Of a DNA stretch of 64,000 nucleotides, positions 10,312 through 19,686 are shown in pieces; position 1 is the first letter of the stretch, and the number at the start of each line of letters is the position of its first letter. Made by a program: the position numbers and the translations under genes. Source of the stretch: Promethearchaeota archaeon (GTDB taxonomy: Archaea > Asgardarchaeota > Lokiarchaeia > Sigyniarchaeales > SOKP01); the NCBI GenBank assembly GCA_016840165.1, contig JAEOSU010000051.1:1-64000 (forward strand), read 5' to 3'. Under the pieces are notes generated by a model that was given only the letters and a program-made list of their open reading frames with translations, was not told the origin of the DNA and ran no database searches.

Positions 10312-11151
10312 TTATTCAATTACTGCATATGCATTTCCTAAAACGATATTTCGGTCTATTCGCACTTGAATTAAATAACGGTCATTAATTTTCCAACCTT
10401 CAGTAGTTAATATTTCTCCTGGATAAACTTCACTAGTAAATCGTGCTTTAAATTCTTTTAAGCTTTTTACCTCTCCATTGCAAACTCCATGAACAATTGC
10501 TCGTGTAGCAAAACCATATGTACATAATCCATGGAGGATAGGGTCCTTAAATCGTCCACTTCTACTGGCAAATTCGGGATCTATATGTAAGGGATTGAAA
10601 TCTCCATTAAGTCTGTACAATGCTGCTTGATTTTCTTGAGTTTTGTATGATATACTAAAATCTGGTTTTATTCCTTCAGGAGGTTTTAATGGATCTGTTT
10701 TTGGACCGGGATCACCCCCAAATCCTCCTCCTTTAAGATAAAAAAATACCCATTTTGTGTCAAACACATGATTGTTCTTTGTATCGAATCCTGAAACAAT
10801 CATATGAATGACAGCAGCTTTTCCTTTATCAAATATATTTTCAACTTCAGTCTTACAGACTATTTCTCCGGATGATGAAAAGGGTTGGTAAAGCTTAATT
10901 GCTTGTTCTCCATGAACAAAATGGGAAAAATCGATTTTACCAAGTCTATTGAGTTGAAGTCCAGCTCCTCCGACTATACAAGCAAAACTTGGGAAGACTT
11001 TTAACCCTTCAGGGTAATTTTCATATAAAAATTGTAATTCGTCAATCTTAGCACCGATCCCTAAAGCATAAAGTACCACGTCTTTCCAATCATATTTAAA
11101 AATAACTTCAGGAAATTTTTTTCCAATAATATCAAGATTTAATCCAGACAT
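10312..11151 (-). CDS. MaoC / hydratase-2 type (R)-enoyl-CoA hydratase
   Basis: YRLNGDFNPLHIDP and PILHGLCTYG motifs; LYALGIGA. Start placed at ATG 11151 (MSGLNL) because the track's upstream extension overlaps a pseudogene remnant. Confidence 0.9.
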   Translation of the reverse strand: MSGLNLDIIGKKFPEVIFKYDWKDVVLYALGIGAKIDELQFLYENYPEGLKVFPSFACIVGGAGLQLNRLGKIDFSHFVHGEQAIKLYQPFSSSGEIVCKTEVENIFDKGKAAVIHMIVSGFDTKNNHVFDTKWVFFYLKGGGFGGDPGPKTDPLKPPEGIKPDFSISYKTQENQAALYRLNGDFNPLHIDPEFASRSGRFKDPILHGLCTYGFATRAIVHGVCNGEVKSLKEFKARFTSEVYPGEILTTEGWKINDRYLIQVRIDRNIVLGNAYAVIE

Positions 11152-11202
11152 TAAACCATCACTTTTTGATTTGTTTTGAGTAATAATGATATTTCTTTTT
11201 TT

Positions 11203-11318
11203 AAATTTCCTTGAAGTTGAGGTTTTCATTTTTCCAAAAGGGCACTCACTCCTTCGGAAACCCCTTTACTATGAGAATTAATAGCATATCCCATCTGCTC
11301 GACTTGTAATCTTTCATT
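11203..11318 (-). pseudogene. 3' remnant of an enoyl-CoA hydratase gene
   Basis: Reads NERLQVEQMGYAINSHSKGVSEGVSALLEK*KPQLQGN versus LGLQFEHLGYAINSQSKDVIEGVTAFLHKREPKFTGE of 30373..31197. Confidence 0.8.
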
Positions 11319-11361
11319 ACAAAATATTTATCTTTTTTGTTTCAGATTTTAAATATATATT

Positions 11362-12423
11362 ATGATTTTTAATCAAGTAAAAAGAGCGATTGTAAAAAGC
11401 AGATTAAGCTTTATCTTTTTTGAAATTACAGCTGCATTTCTTTTAATTTTTATTATTATATCACTTGAATGGGTAATATTACCACTTCAATTAAATCCTG
11501 AGCTATTTGGAATGATTTTTTACATAATTAGGAGCCTAATCATCTTATTTGCGATACCAATTACGATAACAATTATTAATAAACTGATGGGACCATCTAA
11601 AAGTGTTAAAGGGAATGTATCAAAAATTTCAGCATATAAAAGTCATTTTAGGCTCTATCTAGTCTCAAAAAGCAATTTTAAATATCAATTATTATATGGT
11701 GTGTTATTATTGTTTTTGGTTTTTATTCCTTTAAATTTCTTTATATACCTTTTATCCCCTGAGATGCTATTATATCATGTTCTTTCTTTAGGATCGAATT
11801 TACAGGATTCATATCTTTTTATCAATAATTTTCTGACTTTTTTTGTTATTTCACTTGTAATACAGATTTCTAACGCAATCTCTCAAGAAACAATCTATCG
11901 AGGTTTTGTTAATAAGAGAGGAAGTCAACACTTTAATCCAATTTCAGCAGTATTAATCTCAGCGTACTTTTATGGTTTCTTAAGTTTATTATATTATCTG
12001 GACCCTATAAGTAGTATTTTTAGTTTTTGGTTTCCTTTAGTATGGTTTTTAGCATTATTTTTAATCGGATTAATTCTTTCATTAATAACGATAAGAAGAA
12101 AATGGCTTTTTCCTTCTATTTTTGCTAATGCGATTAATAGTATAATTATGATTAGCATCTTTTGGTTCTTTATTAATGGAGGGGAATATATAGAAATTCT
12201 AGTGTTAATTTATCTACCATTATTGATTGGAAGTATAATTTTATTTCTATGGCACTATAGGCGTATAAGGGAAAGCATCTCGATTGGTATTGCGATGCTT
12301 AAAAATTACTTCAAGCATAGTGACAATGACGATGAAAGGAATAATCATAAATATTTTCTTACTTTATTTGATATCATTGTTGGATTTTTGTTATTTCTAA
12401 TAGGATTATTAATCACTTTATAA
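11362..12423 (+). CDS. CPBP (CAAX/Abi) intramembrane protease-like protein, catalytic motifs degenerate
   Basis: Polytopic; QETIYRG at the EExxxRG position; ANAINS at the HxxxN position. Confidence 0.65.
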   Translation: MIFNQVKRAIVKSRLSFIFFEITAAFLLIFIIISLEWVILPLQLNPELFGMIFYIIRSLIILFAIPITITIINKLMGPSKSVKGNVSKISAYKSHFRLYLVSKSNFKYQLLYGVLLLFLVFIPLNFFIYLLSPEMLLYHVLSLGSNLQDSYLFINNFLTFFVISLVIQISNAISQETIYRGFVNKRGSQHFNPISAVLISAYFYGFLSLLYYLDPISSIFSFWFPLVWFLALFLIGLILSLITIRRKWLFPSIFANAINSIIMISIFWFFINGGEYIEILVLIYLPLLIGSIILFLWHYRRIRESISIGIAMLKNYFKHSDNDDERNNHKYFLTLFDIIVGFLLFLIGLLITL

Positions 12424-12457
12424 TTTCTTTAACCAGAAAAATTAAAATTGGTATTCA

Positions 12458-13492
12458 ATGTTCCAAACAGATAAAACTCGCTTTAAATTTAAAACATACA
12501 AATCTGATGCGGCTCCCTTTTTCTTTTTTATTGATATATTTCCTCTTGATCTTAAAATTTTTGATAATCCTCACCTATTAGCTTTAGCTAAACATATTAG
12601 AACTAATCCAGTTATGCCTATACCAATGAGAGTTGATCGTGTTTTTAACGGAGATGGTTCGATAATTATTCGCCCTAATTCTCCAGTTTCATTTCCCCTG
12701 AATGAATCAATTTTAGCTATCATTAATCCGATACCTTTTATCCAACTGGGAATTGAAAATTTGCTTTTTTTCACAGAAATTCGCTCTCAACAGCGACTAT
12801 TGCGCTCCCTTAAGGAACAAAAAGCTAAAGAATGGTGGGAAAACACAAGGTATCTTTATGGTAATCTATATCAGTTGGAAGAGGATTTTTCAGCTTTTTT
12901 AAAAGCATATATATATACGATTATAAAAGCAGAAATCAATGAAGAGGATATAACAGGAGCAGCAATAGAATATTGTGAAATTGTTAATAATATTTGCGAA
13001 GAAAAAATGCTAAAGAATAAGATTTTTGTTGAGAAAAAAGATATTCAAGAAACCGTAAAACTATATCGAGTAAAAACAACTAAAAGGAGAAAAAAATTAA
13101 ATGTAGCTAAACAAATCGAATATCACCCAGAACTCATCGATATTGAAATATTTAATTTTTCTGAAAAAGGTTTTCCAAGAAAAGAGAATTTTAAAAATAA
13201 TTCTCATAGAAGTTATGATAGTAGTATAATGAAGTATATTCCATTGTTATTATATGATGATTTACAGGAATGTATGCTACAAAATCTAACTATCCTTGAA
13301 AAGAATGAAATTGAGCTATTAAATCCTTCTTTTCTCTTGGAAAATAATGTGATCATGCTATTAAGTTCAGAAAAGTTAGAAAATAACAATTTAAACAGAT
13401 TTAATTGGTTATCCGATTTAAGTGAAGTAAATACGGAAGGAATTTTAAATTCCATAACTCAAATAATATTTCCTAAAAATAATGCTATTTGA
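12458..13492 (+). CDS. hypothetical soluble protein
   Basis: 344-aa ORF, 34 nt after the previous gene; no recognised motif. Confidence 0.75.
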   Translation: MFQTDKTRFKFKTYKSDAAPFFFFIDIFPLDLKIFDNPHLLALAKHIRTNPVMPIPMRVDRVFNGDGSIIIRPNSPVSFPLNESILAIINPIPFIQLGIENLLFFTEIRSQQRLLRSLKEQKAKEWWENTRYLYGNLYQLEEDFSAFLKAYIYTIIKAEINEEDITGAAIEYCEIVNNICEEKMLKNKIFVEKKDIQETVKLYRVKTTKRRKKLNVAKQIEYHPELIDIEIFNFSEKGFPRKENFKNNSHRSYDSSIMKYIPLLLYDDLQECMLQNLTILEKNEIELLNPSFLLENNVIMLLSSEKLENNNLNRFNWLSDLSEVNTEGILNSITQIIFPKNNAI

Positions 13493-13799
13493 TGCTCTTT
13501 TCAACAATAAGAGAACAATCAAGATATATCTGAATGTCCTAAATATGGCATTTACTCTAAAGATATCAAAAATTGCTCCAAGAACGAATTGAAGCAATCT
13601 AGCGTGAAGGAAATTATGAATATTACCAATTGGTTGATAATATTATAGAAGGTATAATAAACACTTTAGACTACAAATCTAAACTAGATGAGTTCGAATC
13701 AGTCGATATTTTTGCTGATTTTGTTAATATGATAATCATATTAAGTATTGTATGTGTAAATAATAAAAAATTTTGTACTGTTTTTTGAAGCTTTTTAAT

Positions 13800-13871
13800 T
13801 TATGAAAAGTTTAAATACTCTCGAATCGTATTAAATTCTAAGTATGTTTAATTCATACTGTATATTTAAAA
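13800..13871 (+). promoter_or_regulatory. promoter (BRE/TATA GAAAAG TTTAAATA) plus palindromic operator AGTATG-N7-CATACT, copy 1
   Basis: 63/72 ungapped identity to the reverse complement of 17616-17687. Confidence 0.75.
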
Positions 13872-13902
13872 AATTTAATAACAAACATTGGAAAGAATAA
13901 TA

Positions 13903-16038
13903 ATGAGAAAATTTACAAAAATTTTAGTCTTGATTTTGCTCTTTAGTTCTTTTTCTCTACCGTTTATCCCAGTTATGGGAGAACCTGAATCCGCTCAAGC
14001 TGACAAAGTAGTCTTTAGGTATGGTGTCCAAATAACTCCCGCAGGCGGAGATTGGGATCCAGTGATTCGCCGTGCATCTAACGCTGATGTGGCTCGTATG
14101 TGTTCTCTGGAGGGTTTTGTAAGATATCCTGCTAATTGGAATGGAAATTACTCTCAATTAGAACCAATGCTCGCAACCGATGTGGAATTCGAATATTGGC
14201 CAGAAGAACAAAATTCAAAAGGATTTGTTAATGGAGGTGGTATTAAGGCGGTTAATTTAACGTTGCGAGAGAATGTAACCTTCCATGATGGCTCAGAATG
14301 GAACGCTACGGTGGCAAAGTGGAATCTGGATCGAATAATCATAGTTTCGGGTAATTTAACAGGAAATGGTGATACACGTTATTATTATGATTTTTGGGAA
14401 GAAGCGAGTGATTATGTAGATTTTTATACTCCAAGTTGGAACATGTCATCTTATATCGGCGAAATGCCTTCCTATAATGGCATTGTTGCAACTAATTCTT
14501 TACTAAACGGGACTTTTCCTAAATATAAGAATGTAACCATCCTAGAATCCGGAGGGCCTAATGGAGGGGGAAAAATCAGAATTAACTATAATGATTGGGC
14601 TTCTCTTTCAGTCTGGGAGCTTTTAGCAACTAATCCTCAACATTATATCTTGATGATATCGATGGAGGCTTATGCGGACTATTGGGATAAAGCAATTTAT
14701 GGTTTTGGAGAAAATCCCTCCTTTCCTCAGGATGAGACCTTCCAACACTTGGTTGGAACGGGACCATATATATTTGATCATTGGGATGCAGTCGCACAGG
14801 ATGGCAAAATGGTAAAAAACGAGAATTATTGGAATAAAGACGCTCTTGAAAGTGTCGGTTGGTTTGGGATTGATGAAATACAATTTGTGTTATTTACCGC
14901 CGATGCAGATGGTACGCAAGCACGTAATTTAGCTATGAAAACTGGTGCAATAGATATTTCTGAAGATACCACTGGATTTAATTTTGTTTACAGTGAAGTT
15001 ATGGCACAAGCTGATATTACCTATTATGAAAACCCCATTGGAGATTACCCATTCATAACTGTATTGAATTGTATTAATGATACAGAATGGAAAACTAATT
15101 ACGATGCTGGAGACCCGTATGTCCCCTACCAACCCAATGGAATCCCGCGTTTACTTCGGAAAGCAATCTCATACGCATTCGACTATGAAGGATTTATACA
15201 GACAGCTTATAGCGGACGGGCGACGCGTATGAAGAGTTATCTTGGCAACAATAACACCTATGCTAATTATGATATTGCTATGCCATATTTAAATCTTACA
15301 ATCGCACGAGAAGCTATACTTGCTCAATATCCAACTGAATGTGCTGCAAGAAGCTTAAATGAAACTAGTACCGATCAAGATTGGCAATATGTTGCAAACA
15401 ACAATCCCATATTTACGGTTGATTTCTATTGGGATACAACTTCAGTTCAGCAGGTTCTTGAGGATTATATGGGTACTGCTCTTCATAATATTGGAATGGC
15501 TTATTATGATGATACCTCTCATGAATTAGCTTCTGTATGGATACAAATCTTGTATGTTCCTGGAGGAGCATTTAGTGCACAAGTATGGCCATCGACTTTT
15601 GCCATAGCACCGAATGATATAGGTCACGCACACATTAATGCCTATTTCAAGTATCCAGGTCCATATAATCCAGCTTGGAATTTAGCTTTCAATTATCTTG
15701 ATAATGTCACTGACTGGATAGATCAAATCTATTTTTCAAACCGTACTATAAGACAAGAATGCTATGATAACATTGGATTAACATTACAAAATTACCAATA
15801 CCCATGGATGTGGATATGCCAAGGTGATTGGGGATGGGTTTATAGGAGAGAATGGGAAGTACGTGAGTTCGAATTCTATATTGGAATGCCAAGGATTGTT
15901 GGAGATCTTACACATATTAGATACGTAGGATGGGAACCACCACTTCAGATACCCGGATTTCCGGTATACGTCATGTTGTCTGTTTCTCTTGCTACATCTG
16001 TTGGACTTATTTACGTAATGATGAGAAAGAGAAAGTAA
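13903..16038 (+). CDS. peptide/nickel-type (family 5) ABC substrate-binding protein with C-terminal sorting signal
   Basis: Signal peptide; LRENVTFHDGSEWNATVAKWN; GTGPY; RKAISYAFDY; ends IPGF-TM-RKRK. Start set at ATG 13903 (track: TTG 13888). Confidence 0.9.
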   Translation: MRKFTKILVLILLFSSFSLPFIPVMGEPESAQADKVVFRYGVQITPAGGDWDPVIRRASNADVARMCSLEGFVRYPANWNGNYSQLEPMLATDVEFEYWPEEQNSKGFVNGGGIKAVNLTLRENVTFHDGSEWNATVAKWNLDRIIIVSGNLTGNGDTRYYYDFWEEASDYVDFYTPSWNMSSYIGEMPSYNGIVATNSLLNGTFPKYKNVTILESGGPNGGGKIRINYNDWASLSVWELLATNPQHYILMISMEAYADYWDKAIYGFGENPSFPQDETFQHLVGTGPYIFDHWDAVAQDGKMVKNENYWNKDALESVGWFGIDEIQFVLFTADADGTQARNLAMKTGAIDISEDTTGFNFVYSEVMAQADITYYENPIGDYPFITVLNCINDTEWKTNYDAGDPYVPYQPNGIPRLLRKAISYAFDYEGFIQTAYSGRATRMKSYLGNNNTYANYDIAMPYLNLTIAREAILAQYPTECAARSLNETSTDQDWQYVANNNPIFTVDFYWDTTSVQQVLEDYMGTALHNIGMAYYDDTSHELASVWIQILYVPGGAFSAQVWPSTFAIAPNDIGHAHINAYFKYPGPYNPAWNLAFNYLDNVTDWIDQIYFSNRTIRQECYDNIGLTLQNYQYPWMWICQGDWGWVYRREWEVREFEFYIGMPRIVGDLTHIRYVGWEPPLQIPGFPVYVMLSVSLATSVGLIYVMMRKRK

Positions 16039-16198
16039 AAAATATCAAAATTAAACAAATTTTTTTCTTTTTATTTTATAATATAACAATTGTTTTTTCT
16101 AATAATAGTGAGATAATTCCTTTTTAAGCTAAGCGCAAAATTACTATTATTATAGAAACTTTAAACTAGTTTATTAATAGATTTTTTTAAAAAAAAGA

Positions 16199-16253
16199 AT
16201 CCTGCATTCAGATGAAAATGTTGTCTACACATTCAACTGAATTTTAACAGGAT
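16199..16253. terminator. long imperfect hairpin between convergent genes (terminator or RNA structure candidate)
   Basis: Nested complementary arms ATCCTG/CAGGAT, ATTCAG/CTGAAT, AATGT/ACATT, followed by a T-tract on the minus strand. Confidence 0.35.
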
Positions 16254-16304
16254 GAATCTTATCATTGAAATTACCACATAGGATGAATGTTATTTTTACT
16301 CTCT

Positions 16305-17558
16305 CTAAATGGGAACTATACGTATTTCATTGACAGGATATTTATTAAAATTTTCATAACCATTTTGGGTAAAGACACCGGAGGAACCTACCCAAAGACC
16401 TTTTTTCGTATTAGGAATCCTAACCCATATATGTAAAGTAACCGTGTGACCTGGTTTAAACTCGAAATCATGAAACATTTGTGCATATGGTGTGGATTGA
16501 TTACCTGGTGCACAACCTACTAATGGTGGTTGCATCATAAAACACCAACCAGCTATTAGCAAACTCGGTACTTGCTCAAAGCCAGCATCATAAATTGGTT
16601 TAAGAAAATTATCAATATCTTTTCCTTTCATTCCAGGTTTTAGTTCGGAAACCATATTATCATGAACCGTAGCTGCAACATTGAACATTTTTTCATATTC
16701 AGGAGTTGGGTCACCAACAAACCAAGTTCCCCAGAGCTTTCCCCAGTAATTACCGTATCCCAAGCAAAACTCTGACATGAGCATATCTCCTACTCTCACT
16801 CGCTTACCTGTTGAATAAGGTGTAGGATAATAGTATTCGGGATCTTTCATTGAGAAAGAACTAACATGACCGAATGGAAATGTTCCATAATGACGAACAG
16901 CTGTCAAATTCATGGCTCGTTGCAAATCTTTGTGTTTAACTCCAGGACAAGTCAATTGAACAACCTCTTCTTGAGCAAGATCTGTTAAAGCCCCTGCACG
17001 CCTAAGAAGTGCGATTTCTTCTTCACTTTTAATAAGTTGAAGTGCTTGAAGCCATTGATTAGCGCTTACAATTTTCGCATCTGGAAAAGCTTTATCTAAA
17101 ATCTGCCGTTGCTCTGTGAATAATGTTATGTCACCAAATTGAGCTCCACCAGGGCCAACGAGGCCAATTGTTCCTCGTTCGTAACCTAAATCTTTGATTT
17201 TTTTAATTGCATTTGGAAAAGCATCTCCATCTTGTATATCTTTAATATAGGAAATTGTTCTTGCATTTACGCAATGGTAATCTAAATTAATAAACATTGT
17301 AGGTTCACCTTCTACGGGAACAGTAAGAAATGTTTCAAAAACATTTGCGAAACGGGTGAGATATTGAAGATGTATCTGACCAGGACTATTTCCTATACCG
17401 ACATGCCCATATACTAAAAGTACATCTATTCCTCTTTCCCTCATCTCCTTCCGGACATTTTTATGACGTTGAGCCATTTCTTTATCCGAAAAATATGGAA
17501 GAAAGTTATTATCAGCGGATTCATCTATTACATTATAAATATCTTTACTCATTTTCAT
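16305..17558 (-). CDS. M24 / creatinase-fold hydrolase (aminopeptidase P-like), metal ligands not conserved
   Basis: Creatinase-N start FSDKEMAQRHKNVRKEM, IKSEEEIALLRRA linker, LKPG motif. Confidence 0.8.
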   Translation of the reverse strand: MKMSKDIYNVIDESADNNFLPYFSDKEMAQRHKNVRKEMRERGIDVLLVYGHVGIGNSPGQIHLQYLTRFANVFETFLTVPVEGEPTMFINLDYHCVNARTISYIKDIQDGDAFPNAIKKIKDLGYERGTIGLVGPGGAQFGDITLFTEQRQILDKAFPDAKIVSANQWLQALQLIKSEEEIALLRRAGALTDLAQEEVVQLTCPGVKHKDLQRAMNLTAVRHYGTFPFGHVSSFSMKDPEYYYPTPYSTGKRVRVGDMLMSEFCLGYGNYWGKLWGTWFVGDPTPEYEKMFNVAATVHDNMVSELKPGMKGKDIDNFLKPIYDAGFEQVPSLLIAGWCFMMQPPLVGCAPGNQSTPYAQMFHDFEFKPGHTVTLHIWVRIPNTKKGLWVGSSGVFTQNGYENFNKYPVNEIRIVPI

Positions 17559-17615
17559 CTCTCTAATTAATTTTACTTATTTATGTTTTAACACTCTAAT
17601 TATAATAAAAATTTA

Positions 17616-17687
17616 TTTTAAATATACAGTATGCATTAAACATACATAGTTTATCATACGATGCAAGAATATTTAAACTTTTCATAA
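17616..17687 (-). promoter_or_regulatory. promoter plus GTATG-N7-CATAC operator, copy 2
   Basis: Reverse complement matches 13800-13871 at 63/72 positions; lies 58 nt upstream of the M24 gene start. Confidence 0.75.
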
Positions 17688-17790
17688 TTATAAACAATAC
17701 AAAAAACCTTAGATCAACTTAGGGCAATTTAGCTTGTTGTTCTATATTCCACAATTAATTAACTTATTGAAATATTCTTTTACCAAGAAA

Positions 17791-19629
17791 TTATTGTTTC
17801 GGAGGATTTATACACCAAATATAATGACCTTCTTCGATCTTTATCTTATGAGGTAAATCAAATTCACATTCCTTAGTACGCACATCTGAAGAACAACGAG
17901 GGTGAAAGGCACATCCTGTAGGTGGGGCTATAAGACTTGGAACTTCACCACGAATAATAAACTTTATATCCCGATTTTTCATATCAACTTCAGATCTTGA
18001 TGCTAACAATGCTTGGGTGTAAGGATGGGAAGGTTTTGAAAAAACTTGATTAGTATCCCCAATTTCGACAATTTGACCAAGATACATCACTGCAATTCGA
18101 TCAGCAATATGATTTACTGCAGCTAAATTGTGAGTAATAAATAAATAACCATAACCATAATTTTTTTGTAATTTTTTAAGTAGGTTTAGGATTTGTGCTT
18201 GCACTGATACATCAAGAGCAGATGTTGGTTCGTCAAGAATTATTAGTTCTGGATTGGTTGCAAGCGCTCGAGCAATAACAATTCTTTGCTTTTGACCTCC
18301 TGAAAATTCGTGTGGATAACGATCCATGTGTTCTCGCTTCAATGCGACCTCTTTCATTAATTCTAAAACCTTTTTTCTTAGTTCATCTTTTTTTTTAATA
18401 CCTAATAGGTTTTTAAGAGGTTCAGCAATGATATCAAACACCTTTAAGCGAGGATTTAAGGATGCATCTGGATCCTGATAGACGATCTGGATTTTTTGCC
18501 TAATAAAACTTGAATAAGGAATAGAAAGAGGTTTGTCATGAAAGAGAACATCTCCATTATTTTTTTCTACTAATCCTAAAATTCCAAGAGCAGCTGTTGT
18601 TTTTCCGCAACCACTTTCTCCCACTAATCCAAGGGTCTCACCTGTCTTAATTTCGAAAGATATACTGTTAACTGCTTTAATGACACCTATTTGTCTTCTA
18701 AATATTCCACCAATAAGAGGATAAAAAACTTTGAAATCTTTAACATTTAATAAGTTTTTACCTGGCTCTAATTTAATAAGTTCTCGAATTTCACCTAAAT
18801 GTATTCTTTTTATAAAGATATATTTCAAGATAACACTAATTACAACCGAAAATGTACCAGCGAAAAGAAATTGTATCTCTATAGAATAGGGCAGGAAAAA
18901 AGCGGTTATTGAACTTATAATTGAAGCCGTTGAGTAAAGATTTCTTTTATTTGTTAGTAATTGCGAACGAACCCCCAAATTGAAAATTAAAAGCGAAATA
19001 AGAAAACTAACAAGGAACAACGAAATAAACCACTCAATAAGAAGATCAACTGTTAATCCTATTATGAGTATAAAAAACAATTGAGAAATAGGATCACTGA
19101 AATAACTAATACTTATGAAGATTATTATTAATATTGGAAAAATGATAATCGGTAAGTCGTAGAAGATAAATAGTAAAATAGAAAATACTCTTTTTTCTTT
19201 CTTTCGAACAATAGTTTTATAATCTTTTGCAAATAATCCTGCAATTAATGCTATAATTGGAGAAAAAAATAAAAGTTGACCACTTATCGGTATAGATTGT
19301 TCGGCGTAAACCAAGATGCCGCTCAATAAAATAAAGAAAAAACTAGAGAGTATCAAAATAATTATTATCTTCTTAATACTTTTGGATCTTCTGGTAATAC
19401 CTTTATTTTTAATATGTCGATACAACAAAAATAGAATGGTGACTTGGAAAAAAAGCGCATAAGCAATACACAATACTGAAAAATACAACCCTGCAAGATT
19501 ATTTTGCTCTAAAATGGAAATCATTAAAGGAGTTATTCCAATAGATATTCCAAAAATTATGAAACTTAACCCCAGAACACAAATTCCGAAACATATCCAA
19601 TTAATTATGTCTTTTCTTGAATCATTCAT
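17791..19629 (-). CDS. oppF: OppF/DppF-type ABC ATPase fused to an N-terminal polytopic membrane domain
   Basis: GESGCGKT, HEFSGGQKQR, LDEPTSALD, HPYT, C-terminal GCAFHPRC...C...C; first ~290 aa form about 8 hydrophobic helices. Confidence 0.88.
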   Translation of the reverse strand: MNDSRKDIINWICFGICVLGLSFIIFGISIGITPLMISILEQNNLAGLYFSVLCIAYALFFQVTILFLLYRHIKNKGITRRSKSIKKIIIILILSSFFFILLSGILVYAEQSIPISGQLLFFSPIIALIAGLFAKDYKTIVRKKEKRVFSILLFIFYDLPIIIFPILIIIFISISYFSDPISQLFFILIIGLTVDLLIEWFISLFLVSFLISLLIFNLGVRSQLLTNKRNLYSTASIISSITAFFLPYSIEIQFLFAGTFSVVISVILKYIFIKRIHLGEIRELIKLEPGKNLLNVKDFKVFYPLIGGIFRRQIGVIKAVNSISFEIKTGETLGLVGESGCGKTTAALGILGLVEKNNGDVLFHDKPLSIPYSSFIRQKIQIVYQDPDASLNPRLKVFDIIAEPLKNLLGIKKKDELRKKVLELMKEVALKREHMDRYPHEFSGGQKQRIVIARALATNPELIILDEPTSALDVSVQAQILNLLKKLQKNYGYGYLFITHNLAAVNHIADRIAVMYLGQIVEIGDTNQVFSKPSHPYTQALLASRSEVDMKNRDIKFIIRGEVPSLIAPPTGCAFHPRCSSDVRTKECEFDLPHKIKIEEGHYIWCINPPKQ

Positions 19630-19686
19630 TTTCTATTCACTTACCTAGTTTTGCTTTTAAATCTTTTAAGGAATGAATCTCTCGTT

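Noticed and set aside
11226-11228. In-frame TGA considered as selenocysteine
   Set aside because: It aligns with Arg in the intact crotonase and lies in a truncated fragment, so it is a nonsense mutation.
11152-11229. 26-aa N-terminal extension of MaoC given in the ORF track
   Set aside because: It overlaps the crotonase relic and an AT-rich spacer; the family-like sequence begins at MSGLNL.
16199-16253. Hairpin containing ATGA...GA considered as a eukaryote-like SECIS element
   Set aside because: The ATGA and GA are not opposed in the pairing, there is no AAR apical loop, and neither flanking gene has an in-frame TGA.
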